From a virus (Duplodnaviria; Heunggongvirae; Uroviricota; Caudoviricetes): 40,258 bases of DNA. The position numbers were made by a program, and so were the translations under genes. Under the pieces are notes generated by a model. The model was not told the DNA's origin, ran no database searches, and saw nothing but the letters and a program-made list of their open reading frames with translations. The stretch lies in the IMG/VR virus record IMGVR_UViG_2651869695_000011, one strand, 5' to 3'. Positions 35,708-40,258 of the stretch are shown here, piece by piece; position 1 is the first letter of the stretch, and each line of letters opens with the position of its first letter.

Positions 35708-36525
35708 AAGCGGGAATTTATTTCGACATCAGCAACGAAGACTACCACGCCGGTGACGGCGTGAGTAAATCGCAACTGGACATGGTTGCCAAGAATCCGG
35801 CGCTTCTTAAATGGGTTCAGGCAGCACCAGAAGACGAAGAGAAAAAGTCTGCACTGGATATGGGAACCGCATTGCACTGTCTGCTTCTGGAGCCTGGAGA
35901 GTTCGACAAACGCTTCATTGTTTCACCGAAATTCGAACGTCGGACGAAACAAGGTAAAGCTGACGAAGAGGCATTTCTTCGTGATATGGCGGATATGGGG
36001 ATTACGGTACTTGATGCCGAGCAGTGGCGGAAACTGGAGCTGATGCGTGATAGCGCAATGGCTCACCCGGCGGCACGCTGGATGCTGGAAGCACCTGGTT
36101 ACTGCGAAGCATCAATGTACTGGAACGATGAAGATACTGGTGAGTTGTGCCGCATTCGTCCAGACAAATGGCTGAACGAGCACAACGTGATCGTCGACGT
36201 GAAAAAGGTTGCAGATATGGACCGTTTTGCACGCCACATCGAGGAATTCCGCTACCACGTGCAGGACGCAATGTACCGCGAAGGCGCAATGAGGGTTACT
36301 GGTCAGCCGCATGGTTTTTTCTTTCTTGCCGTGAGCGAAAGCATTGATTGTGGTCGATATCCGGTACGCGTGTTCGAGCTGGATGCGCCGGATGTCGATG
36401 CCGGGCACGCTCTGTTCCGCCGGGATCTGAATACCTATCACGAATGCCGCATCAACGATGAGTGGGGCGGAGTGGAAATTATTAAACGCCCTGACTGGGC
36501 ACGCAAACAGGATATGTACATATGA
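35704..36525 (+). CDS. PD-(D/E)xK-type exonuclease partner of the annealase (RecE/YqaJ-like)
   Basis: Position immediately upstream of the annealase with ATGA overlap; motif IRPDKW...VIVDVKKVAD (D...D.K). Confidence 0.55.
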   Translation: MKAGIYFDISNEDYHAGDGVSKSQLDMVAKNPALLKWVQAAPEDEEKKSALDMGTALHCLLLEPGEFDKRFIVSPKFERRTKQGKADEEAFLRDMADMGITVLDAEQWRKLELMRDSAMAHPAARWMLEAPGYCEASMYWNDEDTGELCRIRPDKWLNEHNVIVDVKKVADMDRFARHIEEFRYHVQDAMYREGAMRVTGQPHGFFFLAVSESIDCGRYPVRVFELDAPDVDAGHALFRRDLNTYHECRINDEWGGVEIIKRPDWARKQDMYI

Positions 36526-37463
36526 GCAACGACATCGCAAACATCAACGCACCAGTAGACACAGCAATCGCTGGAACTGCTGCAACTATTTTCAGCCCAG
36601 ACGGCTTGAACCAACTGATGAAATTCGCCGAGGTAATGGCGCAAAGCCGCGTAACGGTACCGGCGCACCTCGCCGGGAAACCAGCTGATTGCATGGCCGT
36701 GGCAATGCAGGCTGCGCAGTGGGGAATGAACCCGTTTGCCGTTGCTCAGAAAACCCATGTTGTGAACGGCACGCTAGGTTATGAAGCCCAATTAGTAAAC
36801 GCAGTTATCTCAACGATGTCGCCAACAAAAGATCGCATCAACTACGAGTGGTTCGGGCCGTGGGAACGCGTGATCGGTAAGTTTGTTGAGAAAACATCCA
36901 AAAACGGCAATCCATATATCGCACCAGGCTGGACTCTAAAAGACGAAGAAGGCTGCGGTGTTCGCGTATGGGCAACCATGAAGGGCGAGGATCAACCTCG
37001 AGTGCTTGAGTTAATGCTGTCTCAAGCACAGGTAAGAAACTCCACACTTTGGGCCAGTGATCCGAAACAACAACTCGCATACCTTGCGACAAAACGCTGG
37101 TCTCGCTTGCACTGTCCTGACGTAATCATGGGCGTCTACACACCAGACGAATTACAGGAAACGGCACCGCGCGTTGAGCGAGACATTACTCCGCAAATGA
37201 CCACTGCTGCGGGAATGAACAGTCTGATCAACGCTAAACAAGTGAAAAAGCCTGATGAGCAAACGCGTAAAGCGGATAGCCGTGATCCAGAAGAAATGCT
37301 GATGGCCTTTACCAGCGCAGCGATGAATTACAGCACTGTCTCCGAACTGGATAAAGCTTACAAATACATTGCACAAAAACTTTCAGATGATGACGAACTG
37401 CTGGCAAAAGCCACCGACGTTTACAGCGTTCGTCGGGAAGAATTAAACGAAACATCTATGTAA
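36522..37463 (+). CDS. Single-strand annealing protein, RecT/Red-beta family
   Basis: GMNPFAV and VERDITPQ segments parallel lambda Bet (GLNPW, ERDITPV); classic exo-annealase gene pair. Confidence 0.75.
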   Translation: MSNDIANINAPVDTAIAGTAATIFSPDGLNQLMKFAEVMAQSRVTVPAHLAGKPADCMAVAMQAAQWGMNPFAVAQKTHVVNGTLGYEAQLVNAVISTMSPTKDRINYEWFGPWERVIGKFVEKTSKNGNPYIAPGWTLKDEEGCGVRVWATMKGEDQPRVLELMLSQAQVRNSTLWASDPKQQLAYLATKRWSRLHCPDVIMGVYTPDELQETAPRVERDITPQMTTAAGMNSLINAKQVKKPDEQTRKADSRDPEEMLMAFTSAAMNYSTVSELDKAYKYIAQKLSDDDELLAKATDVYSVRREELNETSM

Positions 37464-37512
37464 CCACCACCGCGGCGCCACGCGCGCCGCACTGCAACCA
37501 AGAGAGGTATTT

Positions 37513-37761
37513 ATGAAAGGTGCATTAGGTAAGAAGGAACTCCTGGCGGTGGTGCCACTGTCATGGAGCACTATCGACCGCATGGAGCGCGCAGGGGAAT
37601 TTCCTAAACGCTGGTATATCACTGACAAACGCTGCGCATGGAACCGTGATGAAGTTGAGCGTTGGCTTGATGAACGTCAGGCAGCAAGCCCGGCAGAGTT
37701 CCAGGGTAAAAAGCCTCCTGTTCAGCAACGTGTATATCGTCCTGTGAGCAACGCTGCATGA
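37513..37761 (+). CDS. AlpA-family HTH protein (excisionase/regulator-like)
   Basis: 82 aa with AlpA-like pattern LLAVVPLSWSTIDRMERAGEFPKRWYITDKRCAWNRDEVERWL. Confidence 0.6.
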   Translation: MKGALGKKELLAVVPLSWSTIDRMERAGEFPKRWYITDKRCAWNRDEVERWLDERQAASPAEFQGKKPPVQQRVYRPVSNAA

Positions 37762-37870
37762 GTGTGCTGCTAAGGCACTGGAGCAAATGGTCAGGATGGT
37801 ACTTATTCCTAGCCTCTGTTTCAGCATGGCTTTATCTGCTGGCATTAATTTTCAGAGAGGGTTGGATTAA

Positions 37871-38170
37871 GTGAAAAAGTTAAGCCGACTTGAAAAATAT
37901 CACATGAACAAGGTTTCAATGCGCAGCCCTTCAAAGGTTGTTGCCGTTACTCCTGCGGCGATAGAGATCGAAAAACGCGCGATTGAAAGAGAGAAAAAAG
38001 GGCAGTTCCGCATTGCCGCCCACCTTTGGCTTCAGTGTATGGATGTTGCTTCTGGTGATGTTGAGCGTGCAAGGATCGCGGTTCGCAGGGACCAATGTAT
38101 CACAAAAGGTAACGGCCTTCGCCGTGGCGACTATAGCGGCATAGGATGTTGTGGGGTGGTTTATGACTAA
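37871..38170 (+). CDS. Hypothetical protein
   Basis: GTG start with SD GAGGG upstream; no family recognised. Confidence 0.3.
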   Translation: MKKLSRLEKYHMNKVSMRSPSKVVAVTPAAIEIEKRAIEREKKGQFRIAAHLWLQCMDVASGDVERARIAVRRDQCITKGNGLRRGDYSGIGCCGVVYD

Positions 38171-38813
38171 GAAATACACACTAATCTATGCAGATCCACC
38201 TTGGGTATACCGGGACAAAGCCGCAGATGGTAATCGCGGTGCCGGTTTTAAATATCCGGTTATGAGTGTGCTGGATATCTGCCGCCTTCCTGTGTGGGAT
38301 TTGGCCGATGAAAACTGTCTGTTGGCCATGTGGTGGGTGCCAACACAACCACTCGAAGCACTAAAAGTTGTTGAAGCCTGGGGATTCCGTCTGATGACCA
38401 TGAAGGGCTTCACGTGGATAAAATGTGGTAGTCGACAACCAGATAAACTGGTTATGGGTATGGGTCACATGACTCGCGCCAATAGTGAAGATTGCCTGTT
38501 TGCAGTAAAGGGAAAACTACCTCCGCGCATTAATGCAGGGATCGTTCAGTCATTTACCGCACCGCGGCTTGAGCATTCAAGAAAACCAGATGTCGTTCGT
38601 GAAAAACTTGTGCAATTGTTAGGCGATGTTTCTCGCATTGAACTGTTCGCCCGCCAGACGTCTCATGGTTTCGATGTTTGGGGTAATCAGTGTGAAGACC
38701 CGGCAGTGCAACTACACCCCGGATACGCGTTGGATATTGGCGGATTAACAAATGTATTCAGCAATGCTCCGCTGTCACCAACAGACAACCAGGGGCGGGA
38801 GCGTGCAGCATGA
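38163..38813 (+). CDS. MT-A70 family N6-adenine DNA methyltransferase
   Basis: Catalytic DPPW motif (LIYADPPWVY) near N-terminus; start set at internal ATG 38163 (SD GGGGTGG). Confidence 0.8.
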   Translation: MTKKYTLIYADPPWVYRDKAADGNRGAGFKYPVMSVLDICRLPVWDLADENCLLAMWWVPTQPLEALKVVEAWGFRLMTMKGFTWIKCGSRQPDKLVMGMGHMTRANSEDCLFAVKGKLPPRINAGIVQSFTAPRLEHSRKPDVVREKLVQLLGDVSRIELFARQTSHGFDVWGNQCEDPAVQLHPGYALDIGGLTNVFSNAPLSPTDNQGRERAA

Positions 38814-39004
38814 ACCGGGCATCACCAGCAGATTTAAGGAAATGCCTTGAAACTGCAAACATGCTTGCACACAGCGGGATCAGGTTTGTTCCAATTCCCG
38901 CTGTCACTGATGCTGAATTTGCAACGCTGTCAGCAATATTCGCAGACAAAATTGAATCACTGGCAGCAGAAGCCGAGAGGGAAGAAAATCAGCAGAATAA
39001 TTAA
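38810..39004 (+). CDS. Hypothetical small protein adjacent to integrase
   Basis: 64 aa, ATGA overlap with methyltransferase gene; convergent with int. Confidence 0.35.
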   Translation: MNRASPADLRKCLETANMLAHSGIRFVPIPAVTDAEFATLSAIFADKIESLAAEAEREENQQNN

Positions 39005-39007
39005 ACG

Positions 39008-40258
39008 TTATTCCCCCGCCATCCACTTCTCAAACTTCGACGGGGAGAACGGAATCAGATCCGTATGCTCCCCGTTAATCCAGGAATCAATCATATCGGC
39101 CCACTGCTGCAACATGTAGGCGCGCTGTCTGGCGTATTCCGCTTTGTTATATACGGCGCGTACACCTTTCTGCTCATGTGCCAGAGCCTTTTCAATCCAG
39201 TCTGAAGGATAACCAGCCTCATGCAACAACGTACTGGCTGTACGGCGCATATCATGTACAGTGAAGTCCTGAATATGCTCACCATCTTCATTTATTATTT
39301 TCACCGTTCTGTCGATCAGAGAGTTCAGAGCGGCATTAGATAATGGCTTCCGGAAGTTGTAACGACCAGGAACCAGATATTCACTTCCACCAGCGCACAT
39401 CTGTAACCCGACCAATATATCCTGTGCCTGTTTAGGCAGGTAAATAACGTGCGCCCGGCTTCCCTTCATGCGGTCTGAAGGAATTGTCCATGTCCATTTT
39501 TTAAAATCTATTTCATCCCACGTTGCATTGGTGAACTCGCCTTTACGAACCATAGTGATAAGCACCAGCTTTAAAGCCATTTTCATAGTGCCCATAGCAC
39601 CAATGGCATCCAGCGTACGGAAGAACAGGCCAATTTCTTCTGGTGTCAGTGTTCGCTCTCGTGGTTTAAATATGGCGATAGACGAAGGTTTAATGTCAGC
39701 CGCAGGATTAAACAAACCATGACCACGGTCATTGGCGTGACGGTATACGCTGCTGATAATCTCCCTGGCCTGTACTGCTGTTGCCCGGCCACCGCGTTCG
39801 ACAATCCGGTCACACAAATCACGAACCATCGATGTGGTAATTTCAGTCATCATTTTGTTGCCAAGAACCGGAAGTATGTCACGGTCGATCACCGCCTGCT
39901 TCATTGCGCGGGTACTTTCAGCCAGGATGACGTGTTTCATATAACTGTCGGTATGTACCGCAAACGTCTCGGCACCACGAATCTTTTTGATACCGTCACG
40001 TTTAGCCGCAGCCGGCGACTGGCCTGCTTTAAGCAGCTTCTTTGCAGCAATCAGTTCTTCTCGCGCTTCTGCCAAGCTGATACCGTCACGCCCATACTGC
40101 CCGATTACCAGTGTTTCGCGGCGACCGTTGATACGGTAGTCATAGCGAAACGAGACCGTACCTGACGTAAGCACAGCTACATACAGCCCGTCACGATCGG
40201 AAACTTTGTACAGTTTGTCCTGTGGCTTGAGGTTTTTTAATTTTGTATCGGTAAGCAC
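39008..40258 (-). CDS. int: Tyrosine integrase (P4-type); 5' end at window edge
   Basis: N-terminus LTDTKLKNLKPQDKLYKVSDRDGLYVAVLTSG (arm-binding domain typical of P4-like integrases); C-terminal HDMRRT (HxxR) and catalytic Tyr region; first codon in window is GTG, true start may lie 1-2 codons beyond the window. Confidence 0.85.
   Translation of the reverse strand: MLTDTKLKNLKPQDKLYKVSDRDGLYVAVLTSGTVSFRYDYRINGRRETLVIGQYGRDGISLAEAREELIAAKKLLKAGQSPAAAKRDGIKKIRGAETFAVHTDSYMKHVILAESTRAMKQAVIDRDILPVLGNKMMTEITTSMVRDLCDRIVERGGRATAVQAREIISSVYRHANDRGHGLFNPAADIKPSSIAIFKPRERTLTPEEIGLFFRTLDAIGAMGTMKMALKLVLITMVRKGEFTNATWDEIDFKKWTWTIPSDRMKGSRAHVIYLPKQAQDILVGLQMCAGGSEYLVPGRYNFRKPLSNAALNSLIDRTVKIINEDGEHIQDFTVHDMRRTASTLLHEAGYPSDWIEKALAHEQKGVRAVYNKAEYARQRAYMLQQWADMIDSWINGEHTDLIPFSPSKFEKWMAGE

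Larger units (their letters stand above)
1142..40258. mobile_element. Integrated temperate prophage (T7-like virion module with lambdoid regulation/replication and P4-type integrase); right end beyond window
   Basis: Contiguous phage gene set from lysis cassette (1289) to integrase (40258); host-like genes only to the left; integrase 5' end at the window edge. Confidence 0.8.

Noticed and set aside
37785-37868. 27-codon hydrophobic mini-ORF between AlpA-like gene and 37871
   Set aside because: SD too close to ATG and very short; insufficient evidence.
1-40258. CRISPR arrays, IS elements, transposases
   Set aside because: No regularly spaced direct repeats with unique spacers and no transposase-like ORFs found on inspection.

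Overview
The window holds about 1.1 kb of host-like flank (two exported-protein genes and a terminator, 1-1141) followed by what looks like one complete temperate podovirus-type prophage of roughly 39 kb that runs to, and probably slightly past, the right window edge. All calls rest on reading the sequence and recalled family signatures; no database search was run. Left to right: a minus-strand lysis cassette (Rz with embedded Rz1, GH19 endolysin, two holin-like genes); a tailspike with a T7 gp17-like N-terminus and an SGNH esterase domain; an AT-rich plus-strand moron island (LexA-box-controlled antirepressor-like gene, Bro-N antirepressor, an overlapping two-gene cassette, a convergent secreted protein); a T7-like virion module (internal proteins including a lytic transglycosylase, gp12/gp11-like tail tube, capsid, scaffold, portal); a phage tRNA-Arg(UCU) with a moron gene; terminase large and small subunits; about a dozen small early genes; lambda O/P-like replication genes with ori iterons inside the O-like gene; a Cro-like/repressor immunity switch; a RecE/RecT-like recombination module; an AlpA-like gene; an MT-A70 methyltransferase; and a P4-type integrase. 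The most interesting signals are: (1) an SOS-wired antirepressor locus paired with a repressor lacking a self-cleavage domain; (2) a 15-bp palindrome family TTACC-N5-GGTAA at the immunity operators and also in front of late and moron operons, three times next to an AACCACATA element; (3) a perfect 12-bp palindrome GTGACATGTCAC present three times at module boundaries; (4) an uncharacterised two-gene moron cassette with toxin-antitoxin-like geometry beside a secreted protein fused to the virion operon.
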